From Pirellulales bacterium (lineage in GTDB: Bacteria > Planctomycetota > Planctomycetia > Pirellulales > UBA1268): 24,909 nucleotides of DNA. A program made the position numbers and the translations under genes. The stretch spans positions 1 through 24,909 of the forward strand of contig CAXNJC010000001.1 in the NCBI GenBank assembly GCA_964202525.1, in the 5' to 3' direction. The notes beneath the pieces were generated by a model that made no database searches, had not been told where the DNA came from, and saw nothing but the letters and a program-made list of their open reading frames with translations. Every line of letters begins with the position of its first letter. Position 1 is the first letter of the stretch. Of the stretch, positions 8,235 to 18,086 are shown piece after piece.

Positions 8235-9326
8235 ATGCAGCGAATCACATCGATCGCCACCTGTCTCCTGCTCGCGTCGTGGATGGCCGCGGCCCCGGCA
8301 GCTGATGCGACGACTGCCGCAGACGCGGCGGGTGCGCCGACCACGCATGCCGTGCAGGACGTACTCGCCGCGCAGGACGCCGGCCTCGTGGACGTGAAGT
8401 TCATCCCCAATGACTCGCGGTCGGCCCAGGTCGTGGTCGCCAGCCGCGTCGAGCAGCCACTGACGCTTCGGCTCCCCGCCTCCTTCGGAGCCGTGCCGGT
8501 GCTCGCCCAGTTTGGCCAGCAGGGCATGGGCGGCGGCATGGGCATGGGCGGCATGGGCGGCGGCATGGGCGGCATGGGCGGCGGCATGCAGAACATGGGC
8601 GGCGGCGGCATGGGCATGGGCGGCATGGGCATGGGCGGCATGGGCGGCGGCATGCAGGGGGGCTTCTGCTGGGTCGCCCGCGAGATCTACGGCGTGCACG
8701 ACGAGCGGTGGCTGGCATTTCGCGACTGGATGGAACTCGACGCACCGGCAAGCCTGCAGTGCGGCTATGCGATGTTTGGCGAGGATGTGGCGGGCTGGCT
8801 GCGGACCCGGCCGGTCGCGAAGGCCGTGGCCCGTCCGCTGATGGATCTGGCGATCGCCGATCGGCCCGCGGCGGCCCCCGGGGTCGCCCACCTCTCCGTA
8901 GCGCCCGGCGACGCGGCTCCGACGTTCACCGTGTTTCCGGCGAAAAGCCGGGTCGTGCGGATCGCGACCGTATGCCTGGACCACGGCAAGCGGGAGCCAA
9001 ACGCCCGGGTGCCCTACCGCATGGTGGCGCTCGACGTCTGCTCGACCGATCCGCGGCTGGCGGACGTGCTGGAGTGCCTGTCGCGCGGCGTGCTGACACA
9101 GAAGGTGGCGCAGGCGGCGACCTGGCACCTCTCCAGCGGCCGGACCTGGGAGCAACTGGCCGTCGAAGTGATCGAGATGGCCGGCGGTGCCGATCCCGAC
9201 GTGCGGGTGTTCTCGCCCGCGGAGCTGCTGGCCGCGAAGCAGTTCGTGGAAGCCGCCACCCGGCGGCACGGGCCCGCGCCCGCCGCGTCCGCGGAGTCGG
9301 CTGCCGAGACGGCGTCCGCCCGCTGA
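8235..9326 (+). CDS. Secreted multidomain hypothetical protein: signal peptide, N-terminal domain, Gly/Met-rich linker, CWVA..YG (CFI-box-like) module, CL..G...P / QAAxW (thioester-domain-like) region
   Basis: GAGG at 8225-8228 precedes the ATG at 8235. [25 protein letters not shown] looks like a Sec signal peptide. Domain boundaries read from the translation. Confidence 0.75.
   Translation: MQRITSIATCLLLASWMAAAPAADATTAADAAGAPTTHAVQDVLAAQDAGLVDVKFIPNDSRSAQVVVASRVEQPLTLRLPASFGAVPVLAQFGQQGMGGGMGMGGMGGGMGGMGGGMQNMGGGGMGMGGMGMGGMGGGMQGGFCWVAREIYGVHDERWLAFRDWMELDAPASLQCGYAMFGEDVAGWLRTRPVAKAVARPLMDLAIADRPAAAPGVAHLSVAPGDAAPTFTVFPAKSRVVRIATVCLDHGKREPNARVPYRMVALDVCSTDPRLADVLECLSRGVLTQKVAQAATWHLSSGRTWEQLAVEVIEMAGGADPDVRVFSPAELLAAKQFVEAATRRHGPAPAASAESAAETASAR
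8523..8663 (+). repeat. In-frame low-complexity GGC/ATG repeat encoding a 47-aa Gly/Met tract
   Basis: [47 protein letters not shown] (30 Gly, 14 Met). Confidence 0.95.
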
Positions 9327-9424
9327 AGCCGCCGCGGCTGCCGACGTCTGCCCGTCTGCCCAGCGCCTGCGCCGGGCCGCATCGGCCGCGGTGACGGCCG
9401 GGCGGATCAGGCCGCCGAACGCGG

Positions 9425-9451
9425 TATACTCCGGGCGATGCAGCGTACAAT
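9425..9451 (+). promoter_or_regulatory. Two -10-like hexamers upstream of the ABC ATPase
   Basis: TATACT (9425-9430) and TACAAT (9446-9451) in a very GC-rich intergenic region; no convincing -35 seen. Confidence 0.3.
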
Positions 9452-9528
9452 CCGAGCCGAGGCGGAGGTGCGCGGAGTCGGCGGGTGACCGACTGCGTGC
9501 CAAGACCGGGCCCAGGGGGTCGAGGATC

Positions 9529-10473
9529 GTGAGCAAAACAGCCACCGTGGTCGCCGAAACCGGTTCGCGACCGCCCGCGGGTGAGATCGTGGTCGAGACC
9601 CGCAACCTGTCGAAGGTGTATCGGGACTTCTGGGGACGGAGCAAGAAAACGGCCCTCAAGCCCCTCGACCTCGACATCCGGCGGGGCGAGATCTTCGGCC
9701 TGCTCGGGCCCAACGGGGCCGGCAAGACGACCACGCTCAAGCTCCTGCTCGGCCTCATCTTCCCGACCTCAGGTGAGGCGCTCGTGTTCGGGCGGCCGGC
9801 CACCGATGTCACGAAGAACGAGCGCATTGGCTACTTGCCCGAGGAGAGCTACCTCTACAAGTTCCTCGATGCCGAGGAGACGCTCGACTTCTACGGCAGG
9901 CTCTTCGACATGCCGCCGGAGGAGCGGCGGCGACGGGCCGACGCCCTCATCGAGATGGTGGGGCTCACCCGCGACCGCAAGCGGCAGCTGCGGGAGTACT
10001 CGAAGGGGATGACCCGGCGGATCGGCGTGGCCCAGGCCCTGATCAACGACCCCGAGCTGGTGATCCTCGACGAGCCAACCAGCGGCCTCGATCCGATCGG
10101 CACCCGGGAAATGAAGGATCTGATCATCGACCTCAAGGCCCGGGGCAAGACGGTGATCATGTGCTCGCACCTCCTCGCCGACGTGGAAGACGTCTGCGAC
10201 CGGATCGCCGTGCTGCATCTCGGCGAGCTGAAGGAACTCGGCCGCGTGGAGGAGTTGCTGCGTGTGACGGATGTCACGCAGTTCCGGGCCAGCGGTCTGA
10301 CGCCGGAGGCGATCGCCGACGTGCGGCGGGCGCTGGAGCGGCACGGGGCGGCGGGCGTCGAGGTGGGCAACCCGCGGACCACGCTGGAGGACCTGTTCCT
10401 CGAGGTCGTCCGCGACACGGAGGCCCGGCCAGGTCGCCGCGCCCGCCGCGCCGACAGCGGTCGGGCGGAGTGA
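9529..10473 (+). CDS. ABC transporter ATP-binding protein (ABC-2/exporter type)
   Basis: Walker [10 protein letters not shown], signature-like YSKGM, Walker [15 protein letters not shown]-loop CSH. GTG start at 9529 with GAGG upstream. Confidence 0.93.
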   Translation: MSKTATVVAETGSRPPAGEIVVETRNLSKVYRDFWGRSKKTALKPLDLDIRRGEIFGLLGPNGAGKTTTLKLLLGLIFPTSGEALVFGRPATDVTKNERIGYLPEESYLYKFLDAEETLDFYGRLFDMPPEERRRRADALIEMVGLTRDRKRQLREYSKGMTRRIGVAQALINDPELVILDEPTSGLDPIGTREMKDLIIDLKARGKTVIMCSHLLADVEDVCDRIAVLHLGELKELGRVEELLRVTDVTQFRASGLTPEAIADVRRALERHGAAGVEVGNPRTTLEDLFLEVVRDTEARPGRRARRADSGRAE

Positions 10474-10482
10474 CGCGTCGCC

Positions 10483-12303
10483 ATGGTGCTGGAACAGGAA
10501 ATCCCGAGGTTCGCGGCCTGGATCGGTCCGGCCATCCTCCGCTATCTGGCCTCCGGGGCTGCGGTGGCCGTCATGGCGGCGCTGCTTGCCTGGCTGGCTC
10601 AGTCGATCGCCGCGGGCCCTCTGGCCGCCGGTGACCGCGTCTATCGCTCGATCCTCGCGGGGCTGGCGGACCTGGCGGCCCCGTCGCCACGTCGCGTCTG
10701 GGCGCTGGCGAGGCTAGCGGTGCAGGAGTCCCTCCGGCGCAACGTGCTGGTGGTGCTCGCGCTGTTCGCCCTGATCCTCACCTTCGCGGGCTGGTTCCTC
10801 GATCCGGCGAGCGTCGATCCCGGGCGGCTCTACATCGGATTCATTCTCGGGGCGACGAGCCTGCTCGTCTGCCTCGTCACGCTGGTGCTGGCGGTGTTCA
10901 GCCTGCCCGCGGACATCAAGTCGCGGGCGATCCAAACGGTCGTCACGAAGCCGGTGCGAACCAGCGAGATCGTGCTGGGGCGGATGCTCGGCTTCGCGTT
11001 GGTGGGCACCTGCCTGCTGGCGGTGATGGGGCTCGCCGGCTGGGCGTTCGTGGTCCGCAGCGTGTCGCACGGGCACGTGGTCGATGCCGACGACGTGTTC
11101 GATGTGGCGACCGGCGGAGGCGGCGAAGGCCGCACCAGTCTCGACCGCGGCCACCGGCACCGGGTCGTGCTCGATGCGACGGGCAACGGGGTCACCGAAA
11201 ACGCCCACGGTCACCGCCATCGCGTCATGCTGAGCGGCACCGATGCCTCGGGCCGCCGTCGCTACGAGGTGGGCCCACCGCTCGGAATCCTCGAGGCCCG
11301 GCGGCCGCTCCGCGGCACGCTGCGATTCCTCGATCGCGAGGGCCGTCCGGCCCAGAAAGGCATTAGCGTGGGCTCGGAGTGGGCCTACCGCCAGTACATC
11401 GAGGGCGGGACGGCCGCCGCCGCGGTCTGGACGTTCCAGGGCGTCACGGCCGAGGAGTTCCCGGACGGCCTGCCGCTCGAGATGATCATTCGGGTGTTCC
11501 GCACCTACAAGGGCGACATCGAGGCGGGCATCCACGGCACGATCCAGCTCCGCAATCCCGACACCAGCCTGCGCAGCGAGGCCCTGCCGATCGTGGCCCG
11601 CGAGCACACGATCGACTCGCTGCTGATCCCGCGGAAGATCAACACCGTGCTCGCCAGCGGCGAACTGCGGGAAGCCGACCTGTTCGCCGATCTCGTGTCG
11701 GGCGGCCGGGTGGAAGTTTGGCTCCAGTGCCTCGAGCCGGCCCAGTACTACGGCGTCGCCCAGGCCGACTTTTATCTCCGCGCCGGCGACGGCTCCTTCG
11801 CCGCAAACTACGCGAAGAGCTGCCTGGGCATCTGGTTCTCGATGCTGGTATGCACGTCCCTGGGGGTGATGTTCAGCACCTTCCTGTCGGGGCCCGTGGC
11901 CCTGCTCGCGTCGCTGGCCATGCTGCTGGTCGGGCAGTTCCGGGATTTCATCGACCGGCTGTTCAGAAGCCAGATCACGGGCGACTCGTCGATCCTCCCC
12001 GGCGGCGGTCCGATCGAGTCGCTGTACCGCATCGTCACGCAGGCCAGCATCACGGTTGACCTCGATCCCAGCCCCGCCGTCCAGGCGATGAAGACGATCG
12101 ACACGCTGCTGCTGGCGCCCGTCCGGCTCGTGGCGGGCCTGTTTCCCTCGCTGTCGACGCTCGGCACGAGCGATTTCGTCGCCGGCGGCTTCGACGTGCC
12201 TGCCGACCTGCTGGCCGCGCATGGCGCGGAGGCGTTCGGCTACGTGGCGGCGTTCGTGATCGCGGGTATGTTCTGCCTCAAGGCACGGGAGGTGGCGTCA
12301 TGA
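10483..12303 (+). CDS. ABC-2-type permease with a large soluble insertion carrying His-rich repeats
   Basis: Hydrophobic N- and C-terminal segments; LPADIKSRAIQTVVTKPVRTSEIVLGRMLG is typical of ABC-2 permeases; directly follows the ATPase. Confidence 0.8.
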   Translation: MVLEQEIPRFAAWIGPAILRYLASGAAVAVMAALLAWLAQSIAAGPLAAGDRVYRSILAGLADLAAPSPRRVWALARLAVQESLRRNVLVVLALFALILTFAGWFLDPASVDPGRLYIGFILGATSLLVCLVTLVLAVFSLPADIKSRAIQTVVTKPVRTSEIVLGRMLGFALVGTCLLAVMGLAGWAFVVRSVSHGHVVDADDVFDVATGGGGEGRTSLDRGHRHRVVLDATGNGVTENAHGHRHRVMLSGTDASGRRRYEVGPPLGILEARRPLRGTLRFLDREGRPAQKGISVGSEWAYRQYIEGGTAAAAVWTFQGVTAEEFPDGLPLEMIIRVFRTYKGDIEAGIHGTIQLRNPDTSLRSEALPIVAREHTIDSLLIPRKINTVLASGELREADLFADLVSGGRVEVWLQCLEPAQYYGVAQADFYLRAGDGSFAANYAKSCLGIWFSMLVCTSLGVMFSTFLSGPVALLASLAMLLVGQFRDFIDRLFRSQITGDSSILPGGGPIESLYRIVTQASITVDLDPSPAVQAMKTIDTLLLAPVRLVAGLFPSLSTLGTSDFVAGGFDVPADLLAAHGAEAFGYVAAFVIAGMFCLKAREVAS

Positions 12304-13841
12304 GTGCGTCGTCGCGGGGCACCCGGGAGTCGGGGCAGCAGTCGTGGTTGGGTCTGCGGCCCGGCACGCTGCTCCTGCTGGTGGCGATCGCCGTGTTGCT
12401 CGTGCCGCTGTCGGCGCTCAGCCAGCCGGCCGACTCGGTCGGCCCGGGCGGCGTGCTGGCGCGGCTGCGGTCGCGATTCGGCCTGTCGCAGGCCAACCTG
12501 GGCGAGGTCGATCCAACGAGCGAAACGATGCGGTTCGCGACCCTCGGCCTGAAGAACGTGGCCGTCACGCTCCTCTGGGACCGGGCCAACCACTACAAGA
12601 AGGTCGAGGACTGGGCCAACCTCTCGGCGACCCTGGAGCAGATGACGAAGCTGCAGCCGAACTTCTACTCGATCTGGGACTTCCAGGCCCACAACCTCTC
12701 GTACAACATCTCGGTCGAGTTCGACGACTACCACGACCGCTATGCCTGGGTCATCAAGGGCATCGAGTTCCTCCGGCAGGGCATCGGCCTCAACACTCGC
12801 GAGCCGCGGCTGCTCGGCCGCATGGGCTGGTTCATCGGCAACAAGATCGGCAAGTCGGACGAAAAGGCCCAGTACCGGCGGCTCTTCAAGGCCGACGACG
12901 ACTTTCACGACCGGGACGACCCGGAGCGGACGCTCCCCGAGCGGGACAACTGGCTCGTGTCGCGGGTGAAGTATCGGGCCGGCCAGGCGCTCGCCGATGG
13001 CGGCGCGCCGCTCCGCACCACGCCGCTGATCTTTCACAGTGAGCCGATGATGTCGGCGATCAACTATGCGGTGGCCTTGGCAGGCGACGGCGAGTTCGGC
13101 CCCGCAGCCCGCGATGCCTGGCGGCTCGCGAACGTCGAGCTCGACCGCTTCGCCGAACGCGACATCCCCACGAGCTGGGGCGTGTCGATCCAGCTGCGGC
13201 TGAGGGAGGAGGAGGAGCGGCGGGCGGCGCAGCTGGCGGAGGAGCTCGAGAAGCTGCTGCCCGGCCGGTTCGCGGCGCTCCAGCAGGCCCGCCGCGACTC
13301 CCTGACCGATGCCCAGCGGACGGCGCTCGACACGCCGCCGCTCGATCGGACCGAGGCGCAGCAGCAGGCGGCGGCTGAGGCCGAGGCGGAGCTCGAGGTG
13401 ACCTGGAAGGACGTGGCCCGCGGCGCGCCCGCCGATCTCCGCAGCCGGGCGGAGACGCTCGCCCGGGACTATACCGAGGCCCAGGAGCGGGCGACGATGA
13501 TCGATCGCTACCGCGATATCGTGAACTTCGACGTCTGGCGGGCGACCTGCGAGTCGGAGATCACGGAGCCGGCCCTGCGGGCTCGGGAGCGGACGTGGAC
13601 GGCCGAGCGGGAGTTCGAGGCGGCCCGCCTGCAGTCGGCGAAGAAAGCCTACGAGGAGGCGTTCGCCGCCTGGCGGGAGGTGTTCGACGCCTCGAAGGTG
13701 CTCCGGGAGGACGCGATCACGGCCGACGACATCGCGGAGATCGTCGACCGGTACCGCACCCTGCTCGAGCAGCTCGATGAGCCGTTCCCCAGCCCGTTCG
13801 TGCTCCAGGACATGCTCGACCGGGCCCGGCCCGCGTCGTAG
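12300..13841 (+). CDS. Conserved planctomycete-type membrane-anchored helical (TPR-like) protein; homologs recalled as annotated 'IRE (iron responsive element)'
   Basis: ATGA overlap with the permease stop; one N-terminal hydrophobic helix; SQANLGEVDPTSETMRFATLGL and LQPNFYSIWDFQAHNLSYNISVEFDDY match my recollection of this family (not verified by search). Confidence 0.7.
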   Translation: MSASSRGTRESGQQSWLGLRPGTLLLLVAIAVLLVPLSALSQPADSVGPGGVLARLRSRFGLSQANLGEVDPTSETMRFATLGLKNVAVTLLWDRANHYKKVEDWANLSATLEQMTKLQPNFYSIWDFQAHNLSYNISVEFDDYHDRYAWVIKGIEFLRQGIGLNTREPRLLGRMGWFIGNKIGKSDEKAQYRRLFKADDDFHDRDDPERTLPERDNWLVSRVKYRAGQALADGGAPLRTTPLIFHSEPMMSAINYAVALAGDGEFGPAARDAWRLANVELDRFAERDIPTSWGVSIQLRLREEEERRAAQLAEELEKLLPGRFAALQQARRDSLTDAQRTALDTPPLDRTEAQQQAAAEAEAELEVTWKDVARGAPADLRSRAETLARDYTEAQERATMIDRYRDIVNFDVWRATCESEITEPALRARERTWTAEREFEAARLQSAKKAYEEAFAAWREVFDASKVLREDAITADDIAEIVDRYRTLLEQLDEPFPSPFVLQDMLDRARPAS

Positions 13842-13843
13842 CG

Positions 13844-15130
13844 TCAGACCCGGGAAACGAGCAGCTTGTCGATGCGGCGGCCGTCCATGTCGACGACCTC
13901 GATCGTCAGGCCCTGCCAGCGGAGCGTGTCGCCGGCCGACGGAATCCGCTCGAGTTCCGCGAGCACGAGGCCGGAGATGGTGGTGTAGTCGCGTGGCGTG
14001 GCATCCAGCCGGATGCCGAACCGCTCCGCGAGGTCGTCCACGCTCGCGCTGCCGTCGACCAGCCACGAGCCGTCTTCCCGCTGCACGAACGCGGTCGACG
14101 TGCCACGGTGTTCGTCGTGGATCTCGCCGACGAGTTCCTCCAGCAGATCCTCCAGGGTCACCAGCCCCTCGGTTCCGCCGTATTCGTCGAGCACGATGGC
14201 GAGCTGGTTGCGCTCCTTCTGGAACAGCTCCAAGAGGCGGTTGAGCGGCATCGTCTCGGGCACGAACACGGCCCGGTGGAGCATCTTGCGGAGCTCGATC
14301 GGCCAGCCCATCCAGGTGTGGCGGAGCACGTCCTTGATCGACACGTAGCCGATGATGTGATCGAGGGAGCCCTCGTAGACCGGCAGCCGCGAGTAGCCGG
14401 CCATCGCGATCGCGCCGAGGATCTCGCCCTGCGGCGTCTCGATGTCGAGGGCGTCGACGTCGATCCGCGGCCGCATGATGTCGCGCACCGAGCGGTCGCC
14501 GAGCCGGAGAGCCTCGGTGGCCACGGCCTGCTCGACGGCCTCGAGAACCCCCTCCGCCCGGCCTGCCTCGAGCATGTGATGGATGTCGTCGACCGACACG
14601 CTCGGCTCGGTCTGGGCTCCGGCGCCGAGCAGCCGCAGCAGCGCCGAGGTGGCGGCGCCGAGCCCCCAGACGAGTGGCTGGGCGATCCACGCGAGTCGCT
14701 GCATCAGCGGCGCGGCGAACCGGGCGAACGACTCCGCCCGACGGAGTGCGAGCCGCTTCGGCACGAGCTCCCCGATCAGCAGGGTCACGAACGACAGCAG
14801 CATCACGAACGTGGTCAGGGCGATGGGCCGGGCCGCGGCTGCGATCGCCGGCGGCGCGTGGTCGGCGATCCATGTCGTCAGGGTGCTCACCAGTCGATCG
14901 CCGCCGTAGGCCGCCGCCAGCGTGCCGACGAGGGTGATGCCCACCTGCACCGTGGGCAGGAAGCGGTCGGGGCTGACGGCCAGGTCGAGGGCCGCCTGCG
15001 CGCGGCGATCCCCCTGGTCGGCGAGCGTCCGCAGCCGCCCCTTGCGGCTGGCGACGATCGCCATCTCCGCCCCGGAGAAGAATCCGTTGGCGAGGATCAG
15101 CGCAAAAACGATGAGCAGTTCTTGGAGCAT
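13844..15130 (-). CDS. HlyC/CorC family (CNNM + CBS pair + CorC_HlyC) transporter
   Basis: [65 protein letters not shown]. Confidence 0.92.
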   Translation of the reverse strand: MLQELLIVFALILANGFFSGAEMAIVASRKGRLRTLADQGDRRAQAALDLAVSPDRFLPTVQVGITLVGTLAAAYGGDRLVSTLTTWIADHAPPAIAAAARPIALTTFVMLLSFVTLLIGELVPKRLALRRAESFARFAAPLMQRLAWIAQPLVWGLGAATSALLRLLGAGAQTEPSVSVDDIHHMLEAGRAEGVLEAVEQAVATEALRLGDRSVRDIMRPRIDVDALDIETPQGEILGAIAMAGYSRLPVYEGSLDHIIGYVSIKDVLRHTWMGWPIELRKMLHRAVFVPETMPLNRLLELFQKERNQLAIVLDEYGGTEGLVTLEDLLEELVGEIHDEHRGTSTAFVQREDGSWLVDGSASVDDLAERFGIRLDATPRDYTTISGLVLAELERIPSAGDTLRWQGLTIEVVDMDGRRIDKLLVSRV

Positions 15131-15156
15131 GCTGGTGGGTGCCGGGCTGCCCGGCC

Positions 15157-16308
15157 TCAGAACGTGCCCCGATCGATGACGGCGAGATTGTCGCGGTGCA
15201 CGACCTCGTCGTAGGGCGTCGACCCGAGGACGTCGGCGATCCGCTCGGTCCGCAGGCCTGCGATCCTGCGGAGCTCGTCGGCCGCGTAGTTGACGAGCCC
15301 CCGGGCGAACACACGCCGATCCTCATGCGCCAGCGCGACGACGTCGCCGGCGGTGAACTCCCCCTGCACGCCGCGGACGCCCGCAGCGAGCAGGCTGCGA
15401 CCGCCGTCGACCACCGCATCGCGGGCACCGGCGTCGACGACGAGCGTGCCGCGGGCGTCGGCGGACCATCCCAGCCAGCGCTTCCACGCGGGCATGGTCT
15501 CGGCCCGACCGGTGAACAGCGTGCCCACGAGCTCACCGCGGCAGATCCGCGCCAGCACGCCGTCGTCGCGGCCCGAGGCGACGATGCAGCTCCCGCCGGC
15601 TTCGGTCACCATCCGGGCCGCGGCGATCTTGCTGGCCATACCCCCCTTGGAGAGGCCGCCGATGCGGTCGTCCGCAAGCCCCGCGATCGCGGCGTCGATT
15701 CGCGGCACGTGAGGCACGATGGCGGCGCCGGGCTGCGACGGATGGCGGTCGAAGAGCCCGTCGACGTCGGAGAGCAGCACGAGCAGCGGGGCGCCGAGCA
15801 GGGTGGCCACGAGGGCCGCGAGTCGGTCGTTGTCGCCGAAGGATGTCCGCAGTTCCTCGACGCTGACGGTGTCGTTCTCGTTGATCACGGGCACCGCCCC
15901 GTAGTCGAGGAGCGTGAGCAGCGTGTTGCGGATGTTCAGATACCGGGCTCGGTCCTGGAGATCGTCGGCCACGAGCAGCACCTGGCCCACGTGCCGGCCG
16001 CGGCCCCGCAGGGCACGTTCGTAGGCTTCGATCAGGCAGCTCTGTCCGATCGCGGCGACGGCCTGCAGCCGGGCGAGCTCCGTGGGCCGGCGATCGAGGC
16101 CGATGCGGCCCATGCCGGCGCCGACAGCTCCCGAGCTCACGAGCACCACCCGCCGGCCGTCGGCGGCGATCGCGTCGATCTGGCGGCCCAGCGAGTCGAT
16201 GCGGGCGGCGTCGAGCAGTCCGTCGAGGCCGGTCAGCACTCGCGTGCCCACCTTCACCACGATCGTTCCGGCGGTGTCGGCGATCTGCTGGCGGAGCGGG
16301 TCGAGCAT
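15157..16308 (-). CDS. proB: Glutamate 5-kinase with C-terminal PUA domain
   Basis: [50 protein letters not shown]; C-terminal [14 protein letters not shown]. Confidence 0.96.
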   Translation of the reverse strand: MLDPLRQQIADTAGTIVVKVGTRVLTGLDGLLDAARIDSLGRQIDAIAADGRRVVLVSSGAVGAGMGRIGLDRRPTELARLQAVAAIGQSCLIEAYERALRGRGRHVGQVLLVADDLQDRARYLNIRNTLLTLLDYGAVPVINENDTVSVEELRTSFGDNDRLAALVATLLGAPLLVLLSDVDGLFDRHPSQPGAAIVPHVPRIDAAIAGLADDRIGGLSKGGMASKIAAARMVTEAGGSCIVASGRDDGVLARICRGELVGTLFTGRAETMPAWKRWLGWSADARGTLVVDAGARDAVVDGGRSLLAAGVRGVQGEFTAGDVVALAHEDRRVFARGLVNYAADELRRIAGLRTERIADVLGSTPYDEVVHRDNLAVIDRGTF

Positions 16309-16435
16309 GGTGGCAGTTGGGAATGGCCGATCCGGGCGGCGCGAAACCCGATATGGTACCCGCCGATCCCGTCGCGAGGCCAGCAGCGGTGGCCGGCGGT
16401 CGTTTCGCGCCGGTCCCGGGTGGGACGGCCGACCG

Positions 16436-16465
16436 TTGAGGCTGCGGTCGAGCGGCCCCTATGAT
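16436..16465 (+). promoter_or_regulatory. Candidate sigma70-type promoter for purF
   Basis: TTGAGG (16436-16441), 18-nt spacer, TATGAT (16460-16465), 45 nt before the ATG at 16511. Confidence 0.4.
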
Positions 16466-16510
16466 GGCGGCGGTGCAACGCGACCGACATCCCGCCGAGG
16501 CTCCGCAGCG

Positions 16511-18079
16511 ATGAGCGACCTTCATCACGAGTGCGGCCTGGCCGCGATCTACCACCTGCCCGGCGGTGAGCCGAGCCCACTGTGCACGACGCACGGCCCC
16601 GAAGAGGTCTCGCGGCTGGTGCCGCGGATGCTGCTCGACATCCAGAATCGCGGTCAGCTGTCTGCCGGCATGACCGCCTGGAATCCGGCCCGAAGCCAGC
16701 TGCTCGCCACCTACAAGGAGGTGGGAAGCGTCAGCGAGGTGTTCCGGATGAGCCATCGCGGCAAGTACGAGAGCCTGATGGAGCAGCATGCAGGCCGGGC
16801 CGCGATCGGACATGTTCGGTATGCAACCTGCGGCGCGGAGGACCGCGGCTACGCCCAGCCGCTCGAGCGTCCGCACATCCAGAAGCGGAAGTGGTTCTCG
16901 TTCGGGTTCAACGGCCAGCTCGCCAACTACCTGGAACTCCGCGGCGAGATCCTTGCCGAAGGCGACAACCACCTCGCCCGCGACAACGACACCGAGGTGA
17001 TCATGCACGCCATCGGCCGCGAGCTGGCCGGCGACGCCGACCCCTCGCCGGTCGACCTGCTGACGGCCATCTCCCGGCGGTTCGACGGCGCGTGGAACCT
17101 CGCCATCCTCGATGCCTGCGGCCGGCTGATCGTCGCCCGCGACCCGCTCGGTCTCCGGCCGATGGAATACGCCCGGCTCGGGCCGCTCGTGGCCGCGGCG
17201 AGCGAGAGCGTCGCCCTGCTGAACCTCGGGTTTCCGGCCGAGTCGATCCGCTCGCTGGAGCCGGGCACGGCCCTCGTGGTGGACGGCGACGAGGTCCGCG
17301 TCGAGCGGTTCGCCACCGCCCCGCGCCGGGCCCACTGCTTCTTCGAGTGGATCTACTTCGCCAACGTCGCCAGCACGATGGACGAGCGGAGCGTGTACCT
17401 GTCGCGGAAGCGGCTCGGCGAGGAGCTCGCCCGCGTGGAGACGGTGCCGATCGACGCCGACACGGTCGTGGTGCCGGTGCCCGACACGAGTAAGGCGGCC
17501 GCCGACGCCATGGCCTACCGGCTCTCGATTCCCTGCGTCGAGGGCCTGATCCGCAACCGCTACACCGGCCGCACCTTCATCGACGGGGCATCCAGCCGCC
17601 GGCAGAAGGCGGAGACGAAGTACACGCCGCTGCGGGAAGTGCTCGAGGGCCGCCGCGTGATCCTCGTCGAGGACTCGATCGTGCGGAGCACCACCATGAA
17701 GGTGCTGCTCGGCCGGATGCGGTCGCTCGGCCTGGCCCGGGAGATTCACGTCCGCGTGGCGTGCCCGCCGATCATCGCCCCGTGCTTCTACGGCATCGAC
17801 ATGTCCACGATCGACGAGCTCTTCGCGCCGGCGTTCATGCCCGACGGGCTGCTGACGGAGGCCGCCCAGGCCGAGATGGCCGCCCGGCTCGGGGCCGACT
17901 CCCTCCGCTACCTGCCCGTCGAGGCCGTGGCGCGGTCGATCGGCTTCGACGACCGGGAGCTCTGCCAGGCCTGCATCACCGGCCGGTACCCGACTCCCGC
18001 CGGGGAACGGCTCTACGAGATCGCCGTCGCCCAGGCCGCGTGCGGCACCGCCGGCCGGACCTACGAGGCGGCCCGCTGA
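16511..18079 (+). CDS. purF: Amidophosphoribosyltransferase
   Basis: Short propeptide MSDLHHE followed by catalytic CG; QNRGQ, GHVRYAT, FNGQL; PRPP motif EDSIVRSTT; four putative Fe-S cysteines (HCFFE, PCFYGID, LCQAC) as in B. subtilis-type PurF. Confidence 0.96.
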   Translation: MSDLHHECGLAAIYHLPGGEPSPLCTTHGPEEVSRLVPRMLLDIQNRGQLSAGMTAWNPARSQLLATYKEVGSVSEVFRMSHRGKYESLMEQHAGRAAIGHVRYATCGAEDRGYAQPLERPHIQKRKWFSFGFNGQLANYLELRGEILAEGDNHLARDNDTEVIMHAIGRELAGDADPSPVDLLTAISRRFDGAWNLAILDACGRLIVARDPLGLRPMEYARLGPLVAAASESVALLNLGFPAESIRSLEPGTALVVDGDEVRVERFATAPRRAHCFFEWIYFANVASTMDERSVYLSRKRLGEELARVETVPIDADTVVVPVPDTSKAAADAMAYRLSIPCVEGLIRNRYTGRTFIDGASSRRQKAETKYTPLREVLEGRRVILVEDSIVRSTTMKVLLGRMRSLGLAREIHVRVACPPIIAPCFYGIDMSTIDELFAPAFMPDGLLTEAAQAEMAARLGADSLRYLPVEAVARSIGFDDRELCQACITGRYPTPAGERLYEIAVAQAACGTAGRTYEAAR

Positions 18080-18086
18080 GCTGCCG

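Noticed and set aside
8156-8653. Met/Pro-rich minus-strand ORF
   Set aside because: It is the reverse-complement reading of the GGC/ATG repeat within the 8235..9326 gene.
12300-13841. An iron-responsive element RNA or iron regulator
   Set aside because: This is a protein-coding gene; the recalled 'IRE' label looks like transferred annotation and nothing in the sequence supports iron regulation.
13841-13844. Antisense regulation at tightly packed convergent gene ends (also 18079/18087 and 23807/23821)
   Set aside because: Short gaps between convergent stops are common in compact genomes; it cannot be assessed without transcript data.
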